A stretch of DNA of 64,000 nt from Bacteroidales bacterium. Its GTDB lineage: Bacteria; Bacteroidota; Bacteroidia; Bacteroidales; UBA1715. The notes beneath the pieces were generated by a model that saw only the letters and a program-made list of their open reading frames with translations, was not told the origin of the DNA and did not search any database. The DNA lies in NCBI GenBank assembly GCA_045600045.1, contig JAZRXD010000063.1, forward strand, positions 10,536 through 74,535, written 5' to 3'. Positions 36,967 through 46,484 of the stretch are shown here, piece by piece (the first letter of the stretch is position 1; each line of letters starts with the position of its first letter). A program made the position numbers and the translations under genes.

Positions 36967-37019
36967 TAAGTGTACGTTTTACACTATCTGTTTTTATTAT
37001 AAATTAAAATTAAATACAA

Positions 37020-38336
37020 ATGGCTAATAAAGAATTCTTTCCTGGTATAGGGAAAATTAAATTTGAAGGAACAAAAAGTAAAAATCCGTTAGCATTCCGA
37101 TACTACGATGCAAATAAAGTTATTTTAGGTAAAAAGATGAGCGAATGGCTCAAATTCGCTATGGCTTGGTGGCACACACTTGGTGCAGACGGTAGCGACC
37201 AATTTGGTGTTGGAACCAAAACATTCCCTTGGAACAGCAGCGACGACCCTATCCAAGCCGCAAAAGACAAAGCCGACGCTGGATTTGAGTTCATGCAGAA
37301 AATAGGCATTGAATACTACTGTTTTCACGATGTTGACTTGGTAAAAGAAGCCGACAACATTGAAGATTACGAGAAAAATCTAAAGGAGATTGTTGCATAT
37401 CTTAAAAAGAAACAAAAAGAAACTGGCATAAAACTTTTGTGGGGAACTGCAAATGTGTTCGGACACAAACGTTATATGAACGGAGCCTCCACAAACCCTG
37501 ATTTCGATGTGGTTGCACGTGCTATCGTTCAAATAAAAAATGCCATTGATGCAACAATTGCTCTTGGTGGTACGAACTATGTATTTTGGGGCGGTCGCGA
37601 AGGTTATATGTCGTTGTTGAACACCGACATGAAACGCGAAAAAGAACACATGGCAACAATGTTGACAATGGCTCGCGACTATGCTCGCTCAAAAGGATTC
37701 AAAGGCACATTCCTTATTGAACCTAAGCCAATGGAGCCAACAAAACATCAGTACGATGTTGATACAGAAACAGTTATTGGCTTCTTGAAAGATCACAATC
37801 TTGACAAAGATTTCAAAATCAATATTGAAGTAAACCACGCAACATTGGCTGGTCACACATTCGAACACGAATTGGCTTGTGCTGTTGACGCTGGCATGCT
37901 TGGTTCCATCGATGCAAACCGTGGCGATTATCAAAATGGTTGGGATACAGACCAATTCCCTATCGACAATTTTGAACTAATCCAAGCAATGATGCAAATC
38001 ATCAGAAATGGAGGCTTTAAAGATGGAGGTTCAAACTTCGATGCTAAAACTCGTCGTAATTCCACAGATTTGGAAGATATTTTCATTGCACACATTTCCG
38101 CAATGGACGCTATGGCTCGCGCTCTTGAAAACGCAGCCGAATTATTGGAAAAATCTCCTATCAAGAAAATGGTTGCAGATCGCTACGCAAGCTTCGACAA
38201 TGGTTTAGGTAAAAAATTCGAACAAGGAAAATTGACGTTCGAAGAAGTTTATGAATATGGTAAAAAAGTCGGCGAACCAAAGCAAACAAGTGGAAAACAA
38301 GAATTGTACGAAGCAATAGTTAATATGTACGTTTAG
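37020..38336 (+). CDS. xylA: Xylose isomerase
   Basis: 438 aa. FCFHD-type [29 protein letters not shown] and [14 protein letters not shown] are all hallmark class II XylA segments. Confidence 0.97.
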   Translation: MANKEFFPGIGKIKFEGTKSKNPLAFRYYDANKVILGKKMSEWLKFAMAWWHTLGADGSDQFGVGTKTFPWNSSDDPIQAAKDKADAGFEFMQKIGIEYYCFHDVDLVKEADNIEDYEKNLKEIVAYLKKKQKETGIKLLWGTANVFGHKRYMNGASTNPDFDVVARAIVQIKNAIDATIALGGTNYVFWGGREGYMSLLNTDMKREKEHMATMLTMARDYARSKGFKGTFLIEPKPMEPTKHQYDVDTETVIGFLKDHNLDKDFKINIEVNHATLAGHTFEHELACAVDAGMLGSIDANRGDYQNGWDTDQFPIDNFELIQAMMQIIRNGGFKDGGSNFDAKTRRNSTDLEDIFIAHISAMDAMARALENAAELLEKSPIKKMVADRYASFDNGLGKKFEQGKLTFEEVYEYGKKVGEPKQTSGKQELYEAIVNMYV

Positions 38337-38376
38337 GGTTTATATTTTATAGTTTATGGTTTAGAGATTTGAGGTT

Positions 38377-39789
38377 ATGAATGGCAGTAAATTATATCTT
38401 TTTAGTATCGTTCTTGTTGCGGTAATTGGCGGACTGCTTTTCGGTTACGATACTGCTGTTATTTCGGGAGCGGAAAAAGGATTACAGGCATTTTTCATGT
38501 CGGCAACCGATTTTACCTACACCGATGGTTGGCACGGAATAACTTGTTCAAGCGCACTAATCGGTTGCATTATTGGTAGTGCCATTTCTGGTTTATTGGC
38601 AACGCGTTTCGGAAGAAAAAAATCTCTGTTTATTGCCGGTATTTTATTTTTCTTATCCGCATTGGGTTCTTGGTGGCCTGAATTTTTATTTTTCAACTAC
38701 GGAGAACCAACATTCTCTCTATTACTTGCTTTTAATTTCTATCGTATTATTGGTGGAATTGGCGTTGGACTAGCATCGGCTATTTGTCCGATGTATATTG
38801 CCGAAGTTGCACCTGCAAATATGCGTGGAACTTTAGTTTCATGGAATCAATTTGCTATCATTTTCGGACAATTAGTTGTGTACTTCGTGAATTTTGTGAT
38901 AATGAAAAACCACACAATTCTTGATGTTGTTGATGCTGATTGGTACATGGCAACTGGCTGGAGAACGATGTTCGTGAGCGAAGCATTCCCTGCAGGAATT
39001 TTCGCATTGTTAATTTTAGCAGTTCCCGAAACACCTCGTTTCCTTGCCATGAATGGCAACGACGACAAAGCCTTACACGTTCTTTCTCGTATCAACGGCG
39101 ACGACAAAGCAAAAGGAATTCTTGCCGAAATACACGAAAGTGCAACGGTAAAAACCGAAAAATTATTCACGTATGGTTTCTTGGTGATTTTCGTCGGAAT
39201 TATGCTGAGCGTATTTCAGCAGACTGTCGGAATCAATGCCGTATTATATTACGGTCCACGTATTTTCGAAGGAATGGGAATGGACAATCCTATGACAATT
39301 CAAGTAATAATGGGAATTGTTAACATCACCTTTACCCTATTGGCAATCTTCACAGTTGAAAAACTCGGACGAAGACCATTGCTAATTGTAGGTTCTCTGG
39401 GAATGGCCGTGGGCGCATTCGGCGTAATGTTGTATTTTGCGTTAGGTGGATTTGAAGGTTCTTTGCCTGGATTGTTTGCTGCAACAAGCATTATGATTTA
39501 CACCGCTTGTTTCATGTTCAGCTGGGGACCAATTTGCTGGGTAATGATTTCCGAAATATTTCCAAACACAATTCGCGGTGCCGCAGTGGCTGTTGCCGTT
39601 GCTTTCCAATGGATTTCGAACTTTGCTGTAAGTTCTTCATTCGTTTCAATGTTGAATTGGTCGCCAGCAGGGACATATTCAATTTTTGGAATAATCTGCG
39701 TAATTGCCGCTATCTTCGTTTGGAAACTTGTACCTGAAACCAAAGGCAAAACCTTGGAAGAAATGGCAAACCTTTGGAAAACCAGATAA
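38377..39789 (+). CDS. xylE: MFS sugar porter, probable D-xylose:H+ symporter
   Basis: 12-TM sugar-porter signatures GRKKSL, PETPRFLAMNG and PETKGKTLEEM. It lies immediately downstream of xylA. Confidence 0.8.
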   Translation: MNGSKLYLFSIVLVAVIGGLLFGYDTAVISGAEKGLQAFFMSATDFTYTDGWHGITCSSALIGCIIGSAISGLLATRFGRKKSLFIAGILFFLSALGSWWPEFLFFNYGEPTFSLLLAFNFYRIIGGIGVGLASAICPMYIAEVAPANMRGTLVSWNQFAIIFGQLVVYFVNFVIMKNHTILDVVDADWYMATGWRTMFVSEAFPAGIFALLILAVPETPRFLAMNGNDDKALHVLSRINGDDKAKGILAEIHESATVKTEKLFTYGFLVIFVGIMLSVFQQTVGINAVLYYGPRIFEGMGMDNPMTIQVIMGIVNITFTLLAIFTVEKLGRRPLLIVGSLGMAVGAFGVMLYFALGGFEGSLPGLFAATSIMIYTACFMFSWGPICWVMISEIFPNTIRGAAVAVAVAFQWISNFAVSSSFVSMLNWSPAGTYSIFGIICVIAAIFVWKLVPETKGKTLEEMANLWKTR

Positions 39790-39828
39790 TAAAGAACCAT
39801 TTTTATTTGACTAACATTCGAAATGACC

Positions 39829-39858
39829 AAAAGGAAAGTATGAAAATGCTTTCCTTTT
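39829..39858 (+). terminator. Rho-independent terminator after the xylE-like gene
   Basis: AAAAGGAAAG (39829-39838) pairs perfectly with CTTTCCTTTT (39849-39858). Confidence 0.7.
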
Positions 39859-39998
39859 ACATATCCTATTCCATTTATTAGAACCAATTTGTTTTCAGCA
39901 AACTGTTATCTGTACGATTTGAAACATTTTTTTATTTTTGCCAACGATAATTGTGCAATTAAGGATGTTCCCATTCACAATAAGTGTTAAAATATAGC

Positions 39999-40781
39999 AT
40001 GTTACCGCTCGAAAAATATTACAATCGGCACAAAGAAAATCTCCGTTTGCAACGCCGCCACGGATTAGTGGAATTTCGCGTTGCACTCAAATATATTTTG
40101 GATTATCTCCCCAAAAACGAAGACAAAAAATCCATAAAGATTCTTGATTTAGGGGCAGGAACCGGACGCTACACAATCGAACTGCATAACATGGGTTACG
40201 ATATTCTTGCAGTGGAACCAGTTCAACACAACATAGACGTAATGCTGCAAAATGCTCCCTATGTACAAGCCCAAAAAGGAAATGCGCTTGATTTATCATT
40301 TTTACAAAACGAAACTTTCGACGCAGTAATCGCTTTCGGACCTATGTATCATTTGATTAGCGAAAAAGACAAACTACAAGCTTTGAGTGAAATCAAACGT
40401 GTGGCAAAACCCGATGCTGTTATTTTCATTGCATATATACAAAATGATTACAGCATTTTAACATATTGTTTTGCAGAAAATCGAATGCCAGAATTGGTAA
40501 AAAACGGCTTTGTTGACGAAAACTTCCATATCCATGCTGCCGAAGACGAGATGTACGATTTTACTTCATTGGAATACATTGAAAAATTAAATCAAAAAGC
40601 AGGATTTCAACGACTTACAATTCTTTCTCCTGACGGACCTTCGGATTATATGCGCACGCAACTCAACTATATGTCCGACGAAACCTTCGAACTTTTCATA
40701 AAATATCAAATGTGCCGCGCCGAGCAAAAAGATTTGCTTGCAGCGGGTTCCCACTTAGTTGATATTGTGAAAAAAATGTAA
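39999..40781 (+). CDS. Class I SAM-dependent methyltransferase, substrate unknown
   Basis: Motif I ILDLGAGTGRYTIEL and post-I DILAVEP. The start could be 39984 or 39999. A -7 box TATTTTTG lies at 39933-39940. Confidence 0.7.
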   Translation: MLPLEKYYNRHKENLRLQRRHGLVEFRVALKYILDYLPKNEDKKSIKILDLGAGTGRYTIELHNMGYDILAVEPVQHNIDVMLQNAPYVQAQKGNALDLSFLQNETFDAVIAFGPMYHLISEKDKLQALSEIKRVAKPDAVIFIAYIQNDYSILTYCFAENRMPELVKNGFVDENFHIHAAEDEMYDFTSLEYIEKLNQKAGFQRLTILSPDGPSDYMRTQLNYMSDETFELFIKYQMCRAEQKDLLAAGSHLVDIVKKM

Positions 40782-40887
40782 CAAATTCTACTTTATTCAT
40801 TTAGAATTGGTATTTTCTCATAAATATGCCTATATTCGCTAAGTGTAAATAATACACTTTTAAAATACTATTTTATAAAAAAATAAT

Positions 40888-43692
40888 ATGAAACATTTCA
40901 CCAAACTATTGTTGGCAGCTGCACTTGTATGCATGTTCAGTTGTTCAGGTCCAAAACTAACTGATGTTAAAAATGGTATTCAGTTTCAAACTGATTCGGC
41001 TGTTGTTCAAGTACAATTCTACAAAGACAATATTGTCCGCGTGATGAAAACGCCTAATTCTTTGGAAAAGAAGAGTTTAATTGTCGTTGAGGATTCTTTG
41101 CCACAAGTTGATTTTAAAGTTTCTTCTTCTAAAAAAATCGTAACGCTTGAAAGCAAGGAACTTACTGTTGAAATTTGCACAAAAACCGGTGCCGTTACAT
41201 ACATCCAAAAAGGAAATCAAATTCTCAAAGAAAAAGATTTTCCTTCGTTCAAAACATACGAATCGGAAAACGAAAAGGCTTACAGCGTAGCACAATCATT
41301 TGATTTAACCGCAGATGAAGCTATTTACGGATTGGGACAACATCAAAACGGTTTAATGAACTATCGCAACAGCGAAGTCAAATTAGTACAAACAAATACA
41401 GATGCGGTTATTCCGTTCCTTTGGTCAACAAACGGATATGGAATTTTGTGGGATAATTATTCAAAGACAATTCTCACCGACAACGAAAATGGTTGCACAA
41501 TTTGGTCGGATGTGGCCGATAATCTTGACTACTACGTGATTGTTGACGAAAAATCCGACAATGTGATTTCTGGGTATCGTTACTTAACAGGAAAGGCTCC
41601 AATGTTCGGCAAATGGGCGTATGGCTATTGGCAATGCAAGGAACATTATCACACACAAGAAGAATTGTTGAATGTTGCTCGTAAGTATCGCCAACTAGGC
41701 TATCCTTGCGATGTGATTATTCAAGACTGGAATTATTGGGGCGATATGTTACAATGGGGCAGCATGGGTTACGATAAAAATCGTTATCCCGATGCAAAAG
41801 CGTTGAATGATGAACTTCACGCAAAACATTTCCATTCTATGATTTCGGTTTGGCCAGCTATTGGTCCAAATGCAGGAACAATTTATAAAGATTTTGAATC
41901 ACAAGGATTTTTGTTCAATAAGATTGGTTGGGCTGGTTTCAAATATTACGACGCCTACAATCCAGAAGCGGTGAAATTGTACTACAAATATCTTAAAAAT
42001 GGTCTTGCCGTTGATGGGTGGGACGGCTGGTGGTTCGATTCTACAGAACCAGACATCACCAATGCTCTTACAAAAGAGTCAACGGAATACGATTTGAAAA
42101 CAACTGGCAAAAACGATCTTGGTTCTTTCGACCGCTATTTGAACACGTTCTCGTTGGTTGAATTGACAAACCTTCACGAAATGATGAAAAATGACGCACT
42201 TGCACAACCAAGTGAGAAACAACAACGTCAATATATTCTTACGCGTTCGACATTCGCTGGTCAACAACGTGCTGCTGCGGTTACGTGGAGTGGCGATATT
42301 GGCGCAGCATGGGATATTTACCAAAACCAAATCACGGCTGGTTTGAACCACTGTATGTCTGGCGTTCCGTATTGGACATTCGATATTGGTGCTTTTGTAC
42401 TTTGTTCGTACGAAGGAGTTTTCAGCAACGACAAGAAAGATCCTGCTTATCAGGAATTGTACACCCGAATGTTCCAATTTTGCTCTTTCTGCCCTATTTT
42501 CCGTTCTCATGGTTCCGAAACGCCACGCGAAATTTGGGAATTTGGAGAATTTACACCAACCTTGGTAAAATTCGACCAATTGCGCTATCGCTTGTTGCCG
42601 TACATTTATACGCAAGCATGGAAAATTTACAACAACGACTACACCATTATGCGTGGTTTGGCGATGGATTTTCCAAAAGATAAAAATGTATATAATTTGA
42701 AAGATGAATATATGTTTGGTCCATCAATTTTGGTCGCACCAGTTACCGAACAACAAAAATACCGCGCGCCTCAACGCAGTGTTGAAGTTCCGACATCGGC
42801 ATTTACAACTAAAGATGGTAAACCTGGTTTACACGCACAATTCTATAAAGACAACAAATATCAAAATCTTGCGTGCGATACTATTGTTGAGAAAGTCAAC
42901 GTTCATTGGTATTGCGAACGTCCATACTATGCAACAGATTCTATGTTCGCAATTCGTTATGATGGTTATTTGACAGTTCCAGAATCAGGAAAATATCGTT
43001 TCCATATCAAAAATTTCGATGCCAAACGTATGTATATCAATGGAAAAGAAGTTAAACAAACCGAAGGCGGAACCGAAAAATATACAGAATACGTAACATT
43101 GGAAGCAGGCAAGAAATATGATTTTTTGCTTGAAACAGAAAATTCATCGTCGGGAGCAGCTCGTACAATCTTATGCTGGAAAACACCATCAATGTTAGCA
43201 GAAGATGCACAACCATTGAGAGAAGAAGAAATACACACAACTCGTCCAGTGTATTTGCCAGCAGGTTGCGATTGGTTTGATTTCTGGACAAATAAACAAT
43301 ATAATGGCGGACAAACTGTTCAGGCAAATGCCGAAATTGAAACAATGCCATTGTTCGTACGTGCCGGCTCAATTATTCCTATGGCAAAAGTGAAACAATA
43401 TGCAACGGAATGTGCCGACGAAGAGCTTGAAGTCCGCGTATATGCGGGTGCCGATGGTTCTTTCACTTTGTACGAAGATGAAAATGACAACTACAACTAC
43501 GAAAAAGGTGTTTATGCAACAATAGATTTCAATTGGGATGAGAAAAACCAAACACTTACAATTTCTGACAGAAAAGGAGAATACCCAGGAATGTTGCAAG
43601 AAAGAACTTTCAACATCGTTAATTTTTCTGGAAAATCAATCGAGAGAAAATCAGTAAATTATAGCGGTAAAAAAGTCACAATCTCTTTCTAA
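40888..43692 (+). CDS. GH31 alpha-glycosidase lipoprotein with an inserted PA14 domain (probable alpha-xylosidase)
   Basis: Lipoprotein signal MKHFTKLLLAAALVCMFSC. GH31 nucleophile region GWWFDSTEPD and WSGDIGAAW. PA14-like segment LHAQFYKDNKYQNL...FAIRYDGYLTVPESGKYRFHIKNFDAKRMYINGKEV. Its position next to xylA/xylE suggests alpha-xylosidase. Confidence 0.85.
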   Translation: MKHFTKLLLAAALVCMFSCSGPKLTDVKNGIQFQTDSAVVQVQFYKDNIVRVMKTPNSLEKKSLIVVEDSLPQVDFKVSSSKKIVTLESKELTVEICTKTGAVTYIQKGNQILKEKDFPSFKTYESENEKAYSVAQSFDLTADEAIYGLGQHQNGLMNYRNSEVKLVQTNTDAVIPFLWSTNGYGILWDNYSKTILTDNENGCTIWSDVADNLDYYVIVDEKSDNVISGYRYLTGKAPMFGKWAYGYWQCKEHYHTQEELLNVARKYRQLGYPCDVIIQDWNYWGDMLQWGSMGYDKNRYPDAKALNDELHAKHFHSMISVWPAIGPNAGTIYKDFESQGFLFNKIGWAGFKYYDAYNPEAVKLYYKYLKNGLAVDGWDGWWFDSTEPDITNALTKESTEYDLKTTGKNDLGSFDRYLNTFSLVELTNLHEMMKNDALAQPSEKQQRQYILTRSTFAGQQRAAAVTWSGDIGAAWDIYQNQITAGLNHCMSGVPYWTFDIGAFVLCSYEGVFSNDKKDPAYQELYTRMFQFCSFCPIFRSHGSETPREIWEFGEFTPTLVKFDQLRYRLLPYIYTQAWKIYNNDYTIMRGLAMDFPKDKNVYNLKDEYMFGPSILVAPVTEQQKYRAPQRSVEVPTSAFTTKDGKPGLHAQFYKDNKYQNLACDTIVEKVNVHWYCERPYYATDSMFAIRYDGYLTVPESGKYRFHIKNFDAKRMYINGKEVKQTEGGTEKYTEYVTLEAGKKYDFLLETENSSSGAARTILCWKTPSMLAEDAQPLREEEIHTTRPVYLPAGCDWFDFWTNKQYNGGQTVQANAEIETMPLFVRAGSIIPMAKVKQYATECADEELEVRVYAGADGSFTLYEDENDNYNYEKGVYATIDFNWDEKNQTLTISDRKGEYPGMLQERTFNIVNFSGKSIERKSVNYSGKKVTISF

Positions 43693-43712
43693 GAAACAAT
43701 ACAATTTTATAC

Positions 43713-43747
43713 AAAAGATGCCACACAATCTGTATGGCATCTTTTTT
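43713..43747. terminator. Bidirectional terminator between the convergent GH31 gene and the protease operon
   Basis: AAAAGATGCCA (43713-43723) pairs with TGGCATCTTTT (43735-43745), with A/T runs on both sides. Confidence 0.75.
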
Positions 43748-43822
43748 CAATAATAAAATAATTGTGAAATATGAAACTATCCCCTTCCACAAAAAGGATT
43801 TTACATTTCCACCAGTTTTAAC

Positions 43823-44671
43823 TTATTCTTTCACAAACTTTTGACTTTCAGCACCATTCACAACCAACGTGTAAACACCTTTAGGTAACATTGAAACATT
43901 TATGTTTGCAGTTTCCCCACATTCTGTTTGTAAGACTTTTTTGCCTTGCATATCGAAAATCTTGATTTCGTTGTTGGTTGTTGGCAAAGTTAGTTGCAAA
44001 AGGTCTTTTACCGGATTAGAAGAAATAGCGATTTGTTGCTTCGGTAAATCAATAGCAGAAGGTCCGTCATGTCGAGACAGCGGTTCCGTATACAGAACTT
44101 CTCCTGTCGATTCATCCATAACTACCTTCAATCCGTCAATACTAATTTGTTTATCGAAAACATTAACAACGTATGCATAATGTAAAGTTGCATCTTCGTT
44201 GTTGAGATAATTCTTAGAGATTACTTTTTCTTTATCATATTGAACATATTGAAAACCATAATCCGGATCCGACGCAGAAAGCTCTTTTCTTGCTATTGCC
44301 TCAATTTCTGTTTCGGACAATTCTGTTCCTTTTTGTAAAGATTCCAACGATGAATAATATTTACCATTGACCCTTGTGATTTTGTCACCTTCAATGTAAA
44401 CCAACATATTGCCACCTTCAACTCTATACTCTCCCAAATATTGATACATTCTTAGTAGTTTCGCATTATCATCCAGATAACCGTTCTCCTCTCTGTACAC
44501 CTTAAAAGTTGTGTTCGGTGATTCAAGCGAAAGAATTTGTTTAACGGTTTGGCCTATTATTGATTCATCATACAATACACCATCGTCAAATGTGAGAAAA
44601 GCGCTTTTTTGTTCTTGGGCGAAACAAAATTCGCACAAGAGTAAACTTAGAATAATAAAAACCTTTTTCAT
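43823..44671 (-). CDS. M4-propeptide-only (FTP/PepSY-like) protein fused to a type-A T9SS C-terminal domain
   Basis: Residues 1 to ~195 are clearly paralogous to the prodomain of the upstream M4 protease. Shared blocks include NTTFKVYREE, DDNAK-LRM-QYLGEYR, KITR-NGKY and EKVISKNY. There is no HEXXH. The C-terminus NPVKDLLQLTL...IKIFDMQGKKVL...LPKGVYTLVVNGAESQKFVKE fits the Por-secretion-tail pattern. Confidence 0.8.
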   Translation of the reverse strand: MKKVFIILSLLLCEFCFAQEQKSAFLTFDDGVLYDESIIGQTVKQILSLESPNTTFKVYREENGYLDDNAKLLRMYQYLGEYRVEGGNMLVYIEGDKITRVNGKYYSSLESLQKGTELSETEIEAIARKELSASDPDYGFQYVQYDKEKVISKNYLNNEDATLHYAYVVNVFDKQISIDGLKVVMDESTGEVLYTEPLSRHDGPSAIDLPKQQIAISSNPVKDLLQLTLPTTNNEIKIFDMQGKKVLQTECGETANINVSMLPKGVYTLVVNGAESQKFVKE

Positions 44672-44694
44672 AATGTTTTTAATTTAATTGTTAG

Positions 44695-46470
44695 TTATTC
44701 TATATCTAATGTGGCTCCAATATTGATTTGTAAATCGTGGTTTAGAATTACTTTATTTTGAAATTGAATATTTAAGGAGCTCCCAGAGTTCACCGTGGTG
44801 TTATATACCTCGACAGAACATTCGTTTATGTTTCTGTCGGAATTTATGGTCTGATTGGCTAAAACGTATTGCGAACAAGTTCCAATACCAACTGCATACC
44901 ATGCATTAGCAACAGATTTAGCATAAACAGAATAGTTTGGAAACAAGGCCGTTGCTGCGTTAATTGTACATTCTCTCATATCTGCATAATCTGTTTCCGC
45001 CTCCATATATTCTTTTTCTGCAAGATATACAATTTTCGCAGCATTGTCAATACCTATACCTATTACCTCATATGCATTGCCTAAATCATTTGTTCCCGAA
45101 CCACCTTTACTCAACAAATAGAACCAATAGTCTAATACTCCACAATTTGTATGTACCCCACCATTATCATCTGAACCAGTCTCCCAATACAATCCTCCGT
45201 ATGTATCAGGTAATCCTTCTGCATTAGGGTTACTCATACTGCGTAACGCACTGTGCCCTGGACGAAGATTAATGTCTTCACCACAGAGCCATGTTTGTTT
45301 GTTCGTCCCATAACAATCTTCCACGCATGCTCCCCAAATGTCGCTTAACCCCTCGCAGATTGCTCCTGATTCTCCAGAATACTCAAGTTGTGCCGTATAA
45401 TCACATATAGCGTGGCCAAATTCGTGTGCAACAACATCCAAACTTGTAAAAATATCATAATTTGTATGTCCGTCACCAAAAGTGAATATATGAGAAGTAG
45501 GATGCCATGATGCATTTTCTAAAGTGTCTTCATCATGGATGTAAAGGTATATCGGAGCGCCAGCTCCATCGTAACTATTTCGTTGATGTTTGTTATAGAA
45601 ATAATCGTATGTTTTCATCGCAGCCCAATGAGCATCTAATGCACCATCATCTTTATTTGAATTATGGAACTCCGATGCCGTCCAATTATTATCAGAATCT
45701 CCAAATTCAGTATAATTATTTATAACATTACCATGATTAAGATTTCTAGTAAAAAGACCATTGCCTCTTGTTAAATCTTTTAATACATATTTCGATCGTG
45801 ACGGATCCAAAGATGGAACAAATGTTGTCTCTATCGAACAAGTCCCGTTATATCGTGTATCGGCAGTCCCATTTGCATGACGAATAAGTGACGTTTTTCT
45901 CAAGATTTTTCCACTATTTTCATCTATGATTATTTCTTCTCCAACACTAATGTCGTTCTTATCCGTAACGGCAATCTTATAAGCATAATATAAATTTTTG
46001 TCGTCTTCGTCGAAATAATTCTTCGAGATTACTTTTTCTATTTCATACTGAAAATCATAATCCGTTTTTGAAGCAAACACTTCTTTTTCTGCTATTGCCA
46101 TAATTTCTGTTTCAGCCAATGGCATTCCTTTATTTATTGATTCTACCGATGAATGATATTTACCATTGATTCTTGTGATTTTATTGTCTTTTATGCAAAC
46201 TATCAAATTTCCACCTATAATTCTATATTCGCCCAAATATTGATTCATTCTCAAAATTTTTGCATTATCATCCACCCAACCTTTCTCCTCTCTATACACC
46301 TTAAAAGTAGTGTTCTTCGAATCAAAAGAAAAAACTTGTTCTAATGTATTATTTAATATGGACGGTTCATATAATATATCTTTACTTGGCAGAAGGAATA
46401 CATTTTGTTTTTCTTGCGAGTAGCAGAATTCGCATAGAAAAAAACATAGTATAAAAAATAAACTTCTCAT
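44695..46470 (-). CDS. Thermolysin-like M4 zinc metalloprotease preproenzyme, without a recognisable T9SS CTD
   Basis: Signal peptide, a prodomain of about 190 aa, then VVAHEFGHAICDY (HEXXH). The third zinc ligand Glu lies 20 residues after the second His, in GAICEGLSDIWG (compare thermolysin GAINEAISDIFG). The C-terminal ~60 aa (…NECSVEVYNTTVNSGSSLNIQFQNKVILNHDLQINIGATLDIE) do not fit the CTD pattern. Confidence 0.9.
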   Translation of the reverse strand: MRSLFFILCFFLCEFCYSQEKQNVFLLPSKDILYEPSILNNTLEQVFSFDSKNTTFKVYREEKGWVDDNAKILRMNQYLGEYRIIGGNLIVCIKDNKITRINGKYHSSVESINKGMPLAETEIMAIAEKEVFASKTDYDFQYEIEKVISKNYFDEDDKNLYYAYKIAVTDKNDISVGEEIIIDENSGKILRKTSLIRHANGTADTRYNGTCSIETTFVPSLDPSRSKYVLKDLTRGNGLFTRNLNHGNVINNYTEFGDSDNNWTASEFHNSNKDDGALDAHWAAMKTYDYFYNKHQRNSYDGAGAPIYLYIHDEDTLENASWHPTSHIFTFGDGHTNYDIFTSLDVVAHEFGHAICDYTAQLEYSGESGAICEGLSDIWGACVEDCYGTNKQTWLCGEDINLRPGHSALRSMSNPNAEGLPDTYGGLYWETGSDDNGGVHTNCGVLDYWFYLLSKGGSGTNDLGNAYEVIGIGIDNAAKIVYLAEKEYMEAETDYADMRECTINAATALFPNYSVYAKSVANAWYAVGIGTCSQYVLANQTINSDRNINECSVEVYNTTVNSGSSLNIQFQNKVILNHDLQINIGATLDIE

Positions 46471-46484
46471 AGCAACTTCTGTTT

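Noticed and set aside
44695-44880. C-terminal ~60 aa of the M4 protease as a divergent T9SS C-terminal domain.
   Set aside because: It lacks the pattern seen in the two neighbouring genuine CTDs (PNP-like start, I/V-Y-D-x-x-G-K/R, GxY near the end, basic C-terminus) and ends in ...GATLDIE. I kept it as an open question in the findings rather than calling it a CTD.
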